A stretch of DNA of 64,000 nucleotides from a bacterium (GTDB taxonomy: Bacteria; Patescibacteriota; Minisyncoccia; Phycocordibacterales; UBA5272): assembly GCA_027482685.1 (NCBI GenBank), contig JAIXVU010000001.1, positions 11 to 64,010 on the forward strand, given 5' to 3'. Below, in pieces: positions 28,988 to 37,966 of this stretch; the stretch's first letter is position 1, and every line of letters begins with the position of its first letter. Made by a program: the position numbers and the translations under genes. The notes below the pieces were generated by a model. The model was not told the DNA's origin, did not search any database, and worked only from the letters and a program-made list of their open reading frames with translations.

Positions 28988-29713
28988 ATGGATAGACATC
29001 CCGAAATTATCGAGACGACACCAACGATTGGCAACGTGCAAGAACTCCCTCAGGATGTTCCAACACTTCAGGCTGAGGTATTGCGCCTACGAGAGGAAGT
29101 GAGACGTTTACAAGAAGAGGCACTCACAGATAGTCTCACAGGGTTACCTAACAGACGTTACGCTGACCAAGAGATAAAAACTCTTTTCGCCCAAAGAGGG
29201 AGAAATGAGATAGACTCATTCAGTGTTATTGCATTTGATCTAGATGGTTTCAAGGCGATCAATGACAAAGGTGGACACCTCGCAGGGGATGAATGTCTCA
29301 AGATTGTCGCAGAGGAGATCCGGAATACATTACGAACTACCGACTTCTTCGCACGCGAAGGAGGGGATGAGTTTCTTATTTTCCTACGTAACGAGCCACA
29401 TGCAACAACAGTTGCTGAGAATGTGCTCAAGAGAATGAATGACAACGTAACCACAAGGTTACGCGAGTATACAAAGGACGAAACGTCCTGGATATCAGCA
29501 AGTATTGGTCTTGTAACGATAGCAGATGATAGTAGCTTGCGAGGTATCACATCATCAAAGGATGTGCTTACTCAGGCAGACTATGTGAGGTATGTGGTAA
29601 AGGCAGCTGGTAAAAAAGGAGTCTTCACCCTCGAGCAAGCCCGCGAGGTAGACACAGACGGCAGATACTGGAAGCAATTTGTGGAGAATAAAATAGGGAA
29701 GGTCTCAGTGTAA
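28988..29713 (+). CDS. Diguanylate cyclase (coiled coil + GGDEF)
   Basis: TDSLTGLPNRR, DLDGFKAIND, RTTD I-site five residues before GGDEF. Confidence 0.93.
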   Translation: MDRHPEIIETTPTIGNVQELPQDVPTLQAEVLRLREEVRRLQEEALTDSLTGLPNRRYADQEIKTLFAQRGRNEIDSFSVIAFDLDGFKAINDKGGHLAGDECLKIVAEEIRNTLRTTDFFAREGGDEFLIFLRNEPHATTVAENVLKRMNDNVTTRLREYTKDETSWISASIGLVTIADDSSLRGITSSKDVLTQADYVRYVVKAAGKKGVFTLEQAREVDTDGRYWKQFVENKIGKVSV

Positions 29714-29855
29714 GTACTATTTAGCAAAAGTGGTTTAAATAGATGTCTATTTTATCTCAACAAAGTTGCAATGTAGTTTGCTGGTAAATATCATTGGATA
29801 AAAAAGAACACACCCCGAACAGCGTCGGGGGTGGGGTGGACCTTGGTGCGATGTG

Positions 29856-30197
29856 TCAGTCATCACTTAGGATATGAAATGAGTGACATGACCTCGCGAT
29901 GAAGGGGATCTCACCCTTTAGTTGTGCGAGCTTACTCTCGGCAACATCGCGTTGCTTGTAGCAGGCGACAACCTGAAGTTCGCCTCGTAGCATCGCAGTT
30001 ACAATAGCGCACTCGAGATCTCGCATCGTGATATCGAGTATCCTCGCAACACGCTCAGCGTGTATGGTGAGGAAGATTATCCTTTCATTTCTGAAGCAAC
30101 GACATACAAAGAGTGCTATACGGACTTCAGGTGGCTCTTTTTGTTGTTCTCTGATATCTGAGGCGGGCCTATGCACCTTATCTGGAGTAGCATACAT
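29856..30197 (-). CDS. Orphan protein (cassette 7)
   Basis: Start MYATPDK after GGGAG; - strand TTGACG-18-TAGTAT; hairpin ~29808-29832 with T tract. Confidence 0.7.
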   Translation of the reverse strand: MYATPDKVHRPASDIREQQKEPPEVRIALFVCRCFRNERIIFLTIHAERVARILDITMRDLECAIVTAMLRGELQVVACYKQRDVAESKLAQLKGEIPFIARSCHSFHILSDD

Positions 30198-30322
30198 CAG
30201 ATCTTCTCCCGTAATGTAATGAGCAATGCACAAATACTACAACGATTATTGCCCCATCGTCAACTATAGCGGGCAAGGGTATTATTACTTTATCCACAAA
30301 ATATTGAGGTTGTTCTATTGAT

Positions 30323-30340
30323 GTAGAACACTTGTTCTAC
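30323..30340. promoter_or_regulatory. Palindromic operator, GAAC-N4-GTTC (LexA/Cheo-box-like)
   Basis: GTAGAACACTTGTTCTAC directly abutting the TAGACT -10 of the rhuM-fic gene. Confidence 0.55.
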
Positions 30341-30352
30341 TAGACTATATAT

Positions 30353-31369
30353 ATGGCAAAGAAAAAACAAACATCAAAAACAACTACAATTTTTAATAAC
30401 AACGTCATTGTCTATCAGACAAAGTCAGGAGCACTCGAGCTAAAGGGTGATTATACAGGTGAGACAGTGTGGGCAACACAGGCGCAGATAGCAGAGGTGT
30501 TTGGTATAGAACGATCCGTTATAACTAAGCACATTAGAAATATTTATAAAGAAGATGAATTAAATGAGAAAGCAACATGTGCAAAAATTGCACAAGTTCA
30601 AATTGAAGGAAAACGTAGAGTTGAACGTGAAGTAGAGCACTATAATCTTGATCTTATTATTTCCGTTGGTTATCGAGTTAATTCAAAGACAGCCACCTCC
30701 TTTCGTCAGTGGGCGACAAGGACGCTTCGTGAACATTTAACTAAAGGGTATACACTGAATAAGAAAGTTATCCTCGAGAACTACGATCAATTTATTAAAA
30801 ATGTGTCCGAAATACAAGCGCTACTTCCGGAGCATGTGACGCTTGACCCAAAGGGAATACTTGATCTAGTAAAAGAATATGCAACAACATGGTCCAAGCT
30901 TGATGCGTATGATAAAGATGAGCTCACCTCAGAAGGTGTCACAAAGAAGAAAATTAAAATTAATGCAGATGAGCTTTCTACTACTGTAGAAACATTCAAA
31001 ACAGAACTTATAAAAAAAGGTGAAGCTACAGAAATTTTCGCACAAGAACGAGCCTCTGGAAATCTAGAAGGTATATTAGGGAATGTGATGCAGTCATTTG
31101 GTGGTTCTGATGTGTATAAGACACTGGAAGAAAAGGCGGCACACCTTCTCTATTTTATGGTGAAGAATCATCCATTTGTAGATGGGAATAAACGCTCAGG
31201 AGCTTTTACTTTTATCTGGTTCTTGAGAAAATCAGGAGTTCGTGGAGCTAAGAACATCAATCCATCCGGACTGACCGCTATTACACTTCTCATTGCAGAA
31301 AGTGACCCAAAGCATAAAGAAAAGGTAGTTGCCCTTGTTGTAGAACTTCTCAAAACAAAAGTGAAATAA
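30353..31369 (+). CDS. RhuM-like DNA-binding domain fused to Fic/DOC domain
   Basis: ETVWATQAQIAEVF, YNLDLIISVGYRVNS..AT.FRQWA, Fic motif HPFVDGNKRSG. Confidence 0.93.
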   Translation: MAKKKQTSKTTTIFNNNVIVYQTKSGALELKGDYTGETVWATQAQIAEVFGIERSVITKHIRNIYKEDELNEKATCAKIAQVQIEGKRRVEREVEHYNLDLIISVGYRVNSKTATSFRQWATRTLREHLTKGYTLNKKVILENYDQFIKNVSEIQALLPEHVTLDPKGILDLVKEYATTWSKLDAYDKDELTSEGVTKKKIKINADELSTTVETFKTELIKKGEATEIFAQERASGNLEGILGNVMQSFGGSDVYKTLEEKAAHLLYFMVKNHPFVDGNKRSGAFTFIWFLRKSGVRGAKNINPSGLTAITLLIAESDPKHKEKVVALVVELLKTKVK

Positions 31370-31454
31370 TATCTCGTCTATGTTAGAATGCAATGCATTA
31401 AGTATTTATCTAATTAACCAGCCCCTAGTCCCTAAACCCTAACCTCTAGCCCTT

Positions 31455-32552
31455 ATGTCTCTCTCTATCGGAATCGTCGGCCTACCAAATGTTGGTAAGT
31501 CAACACTATTCAATGCTATCACCAAGAAATCTGTTCCAGCAGATAACTATCCGTTCTGTACCATTGATCCATCAGTAGGTATCGTTCCTGTACCAGATGC
31601 ACGTCTAGAAGTCCTCTCAAAAATTTCTAGTTCAAAGAAGATAATCCCAGCTATCGTTGAGTTCGTCGATATTGCAGGACTAGTAAAAGGTGCAAGTGAA
31701 GGGCAAGGACTAGGCAACCAATTCCTCTCACATATTCGTGAGACAGATGCAATTGCTGAGGTGGTACGTATCTATGAGAACGGTGACCTCATCCACGTAG
31801 AAGGGACAGTTGACCCGCTTCGTGATATCGAGATCATCAATATGGAGCTCATACTAGCTGATATGTCTACGGTTGAGAAGCGTATACAGACTATCGGTCG
31901 TGATGTAAAGCGTGGGGATAAGGATGCTATAAAACTAGACGAGCTACTCAAGCGTCTGAAGAGTCACCTAGAAGAAGAAAAACTCGCCAACAGACTATCG
32001 CTTGATGAAGAAGAGAAGCGACTCGTGAAAGAACTTCATTTGATCACGATGAAACCTTTTCTCTATGTACTCAACAAGCAATCAGGTGGCAAGAACCTAG
32101 ATGAAATGGGGGACGATAGATTTACCAAGCTAATAGCGTATTTCAAAGAGCATAACTTCCAGTATGTGGTGGTAGATGCCAAGATAGAAGATGAGCTCAA
32201 AGAGTTTGAAGGCGAGGAGAAGGAAATGATGCGTGCTGAGCTCGGCGCGCATGATAATGGAGTAGATGGACTTATCAAAGCCGGATATGATCTTTTAGGC
32301 CTTGAGACATACCTCACCACAGGGGAGATGGAGACACGTGCATGGACTGTAAAAAAGGGGAGTACCGCACCAGTAGCAGCTAGTGCGATACACACGGACT
32401 TCGAGCAGAAGTTTATACGCGCAGAAGTTGTTGCGTATGATGACCTTGTGAAGGCAGGAGGCTTCGCGGAAGCAAAGTCACAAGGTGTACTACGGACAGA
32501 AGGGAAGGAGTATATTGTTCACGACGGTGACGTCATCGAATTTAAGATATAA
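31455..32552 (+). CDS. ychF: Ribosome-binding ATPase YchF
   Basis: GIVGLPNVGKSTLFN, NYPFCTIDP, DIAGLVKGAS.GQGLGNQFL, EGKEYIVHDGD. Confidence 0.97.
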   Translation: MSLSIGIVGLPNVGKSTLFNAITKKSVPADNYPFCTIDPSVGIVPVPDARLEVLSKISSSKKIIPAIVEFVDIAGLVKGASEGQGLGNQFLSHIRETDAIAEVVRIYENGDLIHVEGTVDPLRDIEIINMELILADMSTVEKRIQTIGRDVKRGDKDAIKLDELLKRLKSHLEEEKLANRLSLDEEEKRLVKELHLITMKPFLYVLNKQSGGKNLDEMGDDRFTKLIAYFKEHNFQYVVVDAKIEDELKEFEGEEKEMMRAELGAHDNGVDGLIKAGYDLLGLETYLTTGEMETRAWTVKKGSTAPVAASAIHTDFEQKFIRAEVVAYDDLVKAGGFAEAKSQGVLRTEGKEYIVHDGDVIEFKI

Positions 32553-32663
32553 ATTACCCCATCTACTTTGTCGCTACGAAATTTTCCTCAGTCATCGTAG
32601 GTCTACTACGACTCTTTCAAAAATTTCTAAGCTTCGCATATCTGAGGCAATTTCTATCTTAAA
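32541..32663. mobile_element. ~123-bp structured element, copy D
   Basis: IR TTTAAGATATAAATT / AATTTCTATCTTAAA (14/15) overlapping last ychF codons; CATCTACTTTGTCG...CGTAG-GTCTA-CTACG...ATATCTGAGGCAATT. Confidence 0.65.
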
Positions 32664-32719
32664 TCTGCATAGAATCTATAATAATTTTTGAATTTTGAAG
32701 TATAATATATACATCACCT

Positions 32720-32768
32720 CATCTACTTTGTCGCTACGAAATTTTCCTCAGTCATCGTAGGCCTACTA
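32720..32768. repeat. 49-bp partial direct duplicate of 32560-32608
   Basis: 48/49 identical, offset 160 bp. Confidence 0.9.
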
Positions 32769-32853
32769 TCAATGATATATACAGATATGGTATTATGTGG
32801 TATAGTGTGAAGCGAAACAGTTCTGTTTTACCCACTACCATGGAGGTTATGCA

Positions 32854-33159
32854 ATGGAAAATTCAACCGAAGAGTCCAATGTCCATGCAGGAAACGTTGA
32901 CAAGACACCTGCATTTCTCGCATATGAGTTTGCCGTCAAGCTCGTACAAGAACATGGGTTCCCAACGACTGACCCGCTCGTTGCTTACCTCTACGCAGAT
33001 GAGATGATGACGAGCTTGGTAGCGTTCAAGGACCTCTGTGTGGTCTTGGAATTTGCGGAGGGTCTTCCTAAAACAATTCCAGACCTGTTTCATATCAAGC
33101 ATCTTGAGAAGATGAAGCAGGCACTCGAAGATAAACAATCCAATAAAAAATCCTCATGA
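32854..33159 (+). CDS. Orphan protein (cassette 8)
   Basis: 101 aa; TG-TATAGT(32801), GGAGG(32842), GC hairpin plus T tract ~33169-33198. Confidence 0.75.
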   Translation: MENSTEESNVHAGNVDKTPAFLAYEFAVKLVQEHGFPTTDPLVAYLYADEMMTSLVAFKDLCVVLEFAEGLPKTIPDLFHIKHLEKMKQALEDKQSNKKSS

Positions 33160-33268
33160 GGGTTGTTGGGCCACGCGGTACTCCGCGCGGCTTTTTCTTA
33201 TGGGTTTTTTATTGCTTAATAAATGAAATAAAAATCTATTTGAATTGTAGTATTATGAGTAGAACAAT

Positions 33269-33841
33269 ATGACTGAAGAACAAGCAACTTTGACAGATGA
33301 AGATATTGCAATCTGCGTATGTAATGGAGATAAAGATTTGTATGGAGTTCTCATTGATAGGTATGAATCAAAATTAACACGCTATGTTAAACGATTCACA
33401 CAACATGAGGAAGATGTCCTTGATATCATACAAACTATTTTTATAAAAGCATATATACATCTACAGAGTTTTGACAGTAAGCGATCTTTTAATAGCTGGA
33501 TATATCGTATTGCGCATAATGAAAGTGTGAATTATCTGAAGAAGCGAGGGGGAGAGAAAATTTCATTTATTGATTTTGATACATTTCTTCCATATTTATT
33601 CGCGCAAGAAGAGTCTGACAAGCTAGCTCTTGATGACGAGACTAAACGTCTCATGGATGCAAGTTTACAAAAAATACCACCAAAGTATCGAGAAGTATTG
33701 GTGCTTTTCTTTTATGAAGAATTATCATATCAAGAAATTGCAGATGTGCTCCATATACCGATTTCAACCGTTGGGGTACGTATTAAACGAGGAAAAGATG
33801 CATTAGAAAAAACTTTAACAGCTAATCACTATCAATCATGA
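33269..33841 (+). CDS. ECF sigma factor (SigW/RpoE-like)
   Basis: FNSWIYRIAHNESVNYLKK, LSYQEIADVLHIPISTVGVRIKRG. Confidence 0.95.
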   Translation: MTEEQATLTDEDIAICVCNGDKDLYGVLIDRYESKLTRYVKRFTQHEEDVLDIIQTIFIKAYIHLQSFDSKRSFNSWIYRIAHNESVNYLKKRGGEKISFIDFDTFLPYLFAQEESDKLALDDETKRLMDASLQKIPPKYREVLVLFFYEELSYQEIADVLHIPISTVGVRIKRGKDALEKTLTANHYQS

Positions 33842-34638
33842 CAATCAAAAATAATATTTTAGATACACTTCATACTAAGAACCTAAAGATGATACCTAGG
33901 TGGCAATTCATCGTGTATTCTATTTTGGTAGTACTTGGCCTGGTCTTTATTTTTTTGGTTACGGTATTTTTCTTTAGCTTGATGCTCTTTGTACTTTCGC
34001 GTTACGGGTACATGTATATGCCATTCTTTGGTTTTATGGCAACCTTGAAGGCATTATCTGCGATCCCACTTCTTCTCTTTGGAGCTACAATTATCCTTCT
34101 TGTTTTAATTGAGGTTATTTCTCGCAAATATACTATTTCTTTTAAGAGACCACTTATTGTTACTCTTTTATCAACCACTTCATTTGTGGTAATAGTTAGT
34201 TTTATCATCAGCGAGACATCAATGCATGACTATATTCATACATATGCCAAGTCTCGTCGTATTGATATCATGTCACGTGCATATGACAGGCCAATACCGT
34301 TTAAGCTAAAGGATGATATGACAGTAGTTCGAGGGGAGGTAGTTGCAACGACAAGCACAAGTACTTCTATCAGGCTTTTTGATGGAGTTATCCTTACCGC
34401 GTATGCGAGTACTTCACTCATGGATAGATTCATTCAGCCGGAAATCGGAAAAGATATCATACTCTTGGGGACATTCCTAGGTGATCGTATTGAAATACTT
34501 GATATTCGTGCGGCACCTCGCGCGACATTTGGTAGACATATGGGTGGCGGGAAGCATATGCACGATGGAGTCAGGGGTAGTATGTCAAATGATATCGGTA
34601 TGCCGATAATTCGAGTTCAAACTGGGGTAGATAAATAG
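33838..34638 (+). CDS. Probable membrane anti-sigma factor
   Basis: ATGA overlap with sigma gene, 3-4 TM helices, OB-like extracellular domain, His/Met tail. Confidence 0.65.
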   Translation: MTIKNNILDTLHTKNLKMIPRWQFIVYSILVVLGLVFIFLVTVFFFSLMLFVLSRYGYMYMPFFGFMATLKALSAIPLLLFGATIILLVLIEVISRKYTISFKRPLIVTLLSTTSFVVIVSFIISETSMHDYIHTYAKSRRIDIMSRAYDRPIPFKLKDDMTVVRGEVVATTSTSTSIRLFDGVILTAYASTSLMDRFIQPEIGKDIILLGTFLGDRIEILDIRAAPRATFGRHMGGGKHMHDGVRGSMSNDIGMPIIRVQTGVDK

Positions 34639-34836
34639 AATTATTTTAATGTTTTGCCAGCTTGAAAATGATAATTGACTATTTTTAAGCCGGTTAACTA
34701 GATTTAATCTAGAGGTGAAATAAAATATCTACACATCATGTAGTACATAGTGAGAGGGGGAAGGTATATCCTATGAACTAATTTTTCCTCTCCAGTCATA
34801 CATTTGACTATTACTACAAATAACTATCGTATAATC

Positions 34837-35295
34837 ATGAAATCTACAATAAAAAAAGCATCACTCTTAGGAGCGCTAGGTATGGCAGTAGCAGGCGTTG
34901 CAACTGCTTCTGCTATGGGGTTCGGTGGTTTTGGTGGCGGAATGATGAGCACTCTTACAACGGATGAAATTGCGACACGTCAGACAACTATGTTTCAAAA
35001 ACAAGCAGAGCTTATCGGCGCAACTACTGATGAAATCAAGAACGCTTGGGCTGATGGAACAGACTTTCTTACTTTTGCTAAATCAAAAGGGGTAACCGAG
35101 GAAGCTCTCAAGGTCAAATTGCAAGCTGTTCGTGTTGCAGAGTTAAAGACACAGCTAGATATGCTCGTTAGTAAAGGTGTCATCACCCAAGCACAGGCAG
35201 ACAAGCGATTAGCCACCATGCAAACCAAAATGACAAATAAGAAATCATTTGGTATGGGTCGTGGTCATCACGGGATGATGGGCGGATTATTTTAG
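34837..35295 (+). CDS. Secreted helical protein with Gly/Met/His-rich ends
   Basis: Signal peptide ...ASA/, GFGGFGGGMM and GMGRGHHGMMGG, VSKGVITQAQAD; start moved to 34837. Confidence 0.8.
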   Translation: MKSTIKKASLLGALGMAVAGVATASAMGFGGFGGGMMSTLTTDEIATRQTTMFQKQAELIGATTDEIKNAWADGTDFLTFAKSKGVTEEALKVKLQAVRVAELKTQLDMLVSKGVITQAQADKRLATMQTKMTNKKSFGMGRGHHGMMGGLF

Positions 35296-35369
35296 TGCAC
35301 ATCTCTTGCGAATGTAAGGGATGTATAAAAACAATAGTTGTTCTTTAATAAAAGTATAATTATATATTG

Positions 35370-35404
35370 CAAAACAGGCGCCCTAAATGGAGGCGCCTGT
35401 TTTG
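35370..35404. terminator. GC hairpin
   Basis: CAAAACAGGCGCC-CTAAATGGA-GGCGCCTGTTTTG with T tract. Confidence 0.75.
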
Positions 35405-35570
35405 TTTTTTAGAGAAGTGAAACATCCTTATAGCTTGCCCTGAGTTTGTAAAAGGAAGGTGGGGGATAGTTTGCCGAGTAGACAAAGCACGGTATCAATT
35501 TTTGCAAATTAATTTTTAAACATGTAGAGTATCCCATAGATCCACGTAGGTCGTGGAAGGAGAAATGGTG

Positions 35571-35885
35571 ATGAGCGATATCAATCGAGAGTTCGATACA
35601 ACTGTTGAACTTGTGAGGGCAGCTGAGATTGAGCTAATCCAACATATTGGAGAAGTAAACGCCAGAAAACATGAGCTACTCTCCTACAAATTTCTCAAGT
35701 TCAACAGTGAGAAAGAGTATGCCTGGCAGGCGTTATTGCGTAGGTTCTCAAGAAACCCAGAGCAAAAAGGAAACGTGCAAGGTGTCGAAGAGCTCACCTT
35801 TGCACTTCGTGCGTACCTTGCGGCACTAGAAGCAGAACTAGAAAAGCCGCTAGAAGTACAGCAAAAGCAAAGTACTGCAAGCTAG
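35571..35885 (+). CDS. Orphan helical protein (cassette 9)
   Basis: TTGCAA(35502)-17-TAGAGT, AAGGAG(35557), GTA-loop hairpin 35932-35952. Confidence 0.75.
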   Translation: MSDINREFDTTVELVRAAEIELIQHIGEVNARKHELLSYKFLKFNSEKEYAWQALLRRFSRNPEQKGNVQGVEELTFALRAYLAALEAELEKPLEVQQKQSTAS

Positions 35886-35931
35886 GGTGTATCTGATGTT
35901 GCTACTTCATCTTCAGATTTTTGAAAGGGTC

Positions 35932-35952
35932 AAGCGCGCCGTAGGCGCGCTT
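35932..35952 (+). terminator. GTA-loop hairpin terminator
   Basis: AAGCGCGCC-GTA-GGCGCGCTT then TCTTTTT. Confidence 0.8.
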
Positions 35953-36073
35953 TCTTTTTATACATACTGCAACGCTAGAATCTCATCACCATCTTTGCTA
36001 TAATCAAACTACTAATTTTGTATTTAGAATTGTATCTGTATCAACTAGACCTAACCTTTACCTACCTAGTACT

Positions 36074-37966
36074 ATGTCACTCACCGTAAATCAAATTCGC
36101 ACCAAATTCCTAAAATATATGGAAAGTAAAGGCCATGTTGTTGTTCCATCAGCGTCTCTTGTTCCTGAGAACGACGCAACAACACTTTTCACTGGTTCTG
36201 GTATGCAACCGATGGTGCCGTATCTCCTGGGACAGCCACATCCGCTTGGTGTTCGTATCACAGACTCACAAAAGTCATTCCGTTCACAAGATATCGAGGA
36301 GGTGGGAGACAATCGCCACACAACATTTTTTGAGATGTTAGGCAACTGGTCATTCGGTGATTATTTTAAAGAAGAACAAATTAGGTGGATGTGGGAGTTC
36401 CTCATTGATGAGCTTAAACTTGATCCTAATAACTTTTATATCACGTGTTTTGCAGGTAATGAGTCACTTGGCGTCAAGCGAGATACGTTCTCTGCAGAAT
36501 TATGGCAGAAGCTTTTTGCGCAGAAGGGTATTGATGCAAAAGTGAGCGATACACCAGAGAGTGGAATGAAAGATGGCGAGAAGATTTTCTACTACAATGA
36601 AAAGAAAAACTGGTGGTCACGTAGTGGAGTACCTGCTAACATGCCAGAGGGAGAACCTGGCGGACCAGATAGTGAGATGTTCTATGATTTTGATGCAACT
36701 GGTCAACAAAAGATTCACGAAACGAGTGCATGGAAGGATGTGCCGTGCCATGTGAACTGTGACTGTGGGAGATTCCTTGAGATAGGGAATAATGTATTCA
36801 TGCAATACAAGAAAGTTGCTGGAGGGTTTGAAGAACTACCACAGATGAATGTGGATCATGGGTCGGGGCTTGAGCGTTACGCAGCGGCACTACGTAATGA
36901 TCCAGATGTTTTCAATATCGACGTGTTTGATGAACCGAAGAAGATGATTGAGCGTTTGAGCGGAAAAGTATATGGTGAGTCAACAGAGGTAACCTACGCA
37001 TATCGTGTTGTGCTCGACCACATTCGTGCGGCAGTATTTCTTATTGGTGATGGAGTGTTGCCAGGGAACAAGGATCAGATGTACTTTGTACGTAGACTTC
37101 TTCGTCGCGCGGTACGATTTGCTCGTAACTTGGGCGTGCATGATAATTTTACTCGAGAAGTTGGAGCTTCTTTTATTCAAACATATAAGGTAGAGTACAC
37201 GCTGCTTGAAGAAAAGAGACAGGTGATTTTAGATGAACTCGAAAAAGAAGAGATGAAGTTCCGCAAGACTCTTGAGAATGGAATAAAAGAGTTCGAGAAA
37301 ATAGCAGATAAGAATATTAGTGGAGTAGATGCATTTAACCTCCTTCAGTCATTTGGGTTCCCAATCGAGCTTACAGAAGAGTTAGCAAAAGAACGTAATA
37401 TTACAGTTGATAGAGTATCCTTTGATGAAGAAAAGAAAAAACATAGTGAAGAATCTCGTACAGCAAGCGCTGGGAAGTTCAAAGGAGGACTAGGAGGGGA
37501 CGGTGAGATGGAGGTTAAGTATCATACCGCAACGCATTTGCTTCATGAGGTACTTCGCCAAGTGCTCGGTGATCATGTACTGCAGAAGGGAAGTAACATT
37601 ACATCAGAGCGATTACGATTCGACTTCTCTCACGGCGAGAAGATGACTGATGAGCAGAAGAAGCAAGTAGAAGATATTGTGAACAAAGTCATTGCAGATG
37701 ATTTACCTGTTCACCGCGAAGAAGTGAGTTATGATGAAGCTCGTGCACGAGGGGCAATAGGAGTGTTTGATGCAAAGTATGGCGATACGGTATCTATCTA
37801 TACCGTAGGTCGTGAGACTGGTACACGTGGTGGAGCGAATCTCTTCTCACTTGAATTCTGTGGTGGTCCGCATGTAGAGCACACAGGAGTACTCGGAACC
37901 TTCAAGATTACAAAAGAGGAGGCGGTATCAGCCGGTGTTCGCCGGATCAAAGCAATTTTATCCTAA
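36074..37966 (+). CDS. alaS: Alanyl-tRNA synthetase (short, no C-Ala domain)
   Basis: HTTFFEMLGNWSFGDYFK, HTATHLLH, EFCGGPHV, ends at GVRRIKA. Confidence 0.97.
   Translation: MSLTVNQIRTKFLKYMESKGHVVVPSASLVPENDATTLFTGSGMQPMVPYLLGQPHPLGVRITDSQKSFRSQDIEEVGDNRHTTFFEMLGNWSFGDYFKEEQIRWMWEFLIDELKLDPNNFYITCFAGNESLGVKRDTFSAELWQKLFAQKGIDAKVSDTPESGMKDGEKIFYYNEKKNWWSRSGVPANMPEGEPGGPDSEMFYDFDATGQQKIHETSAWKDVPCHVNCDCGRFLEIGNNVFMQYKKVAGGFEELPQMNVDHGSGLERYAAALRNDPDVFNIDVFDEPKKMIERLSGKVYGESTEVTYAYRVVLDHIRAAVFLIGDGVLPGNKDQMYFVRRLLRRAVRFARNLGVHDNFTREVGASFIQTYKVEYTLLEEKRQVILDELEKEEMKFRKTLENGIKEFEKIADKNISGVDAFNLLQSFGFPIELTEELAKERNITVDRVSFDEEKKKHSEESRTASAGKFKGGLGGDGEMEVKYHTATHLLHEVLRQVLGDHVLQKGSNITSERLRFDFSHGEKMTDEQKKQVEDIVNKVIADDLPVHREEVSYDEARARGAIGVFDAKYGDTVSIYTVGRETGTRGGANLFSLEFCGGPHVEHTGVLGTFKITKEEAVSAGVRRIKAILS

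Noticed and set aside
30290-30298. DnaA box as evidence for oriC
   Set aside because: Single perfect box, no cluster or unwinding element, no dnaA/dnaN nearby, and no switch in gene strand bias.
32560-32768. Possible CRISPR repeat pair
   Set aside because: Only two 49-bp units 160 bp apart, part of a larger element; no cas genes.
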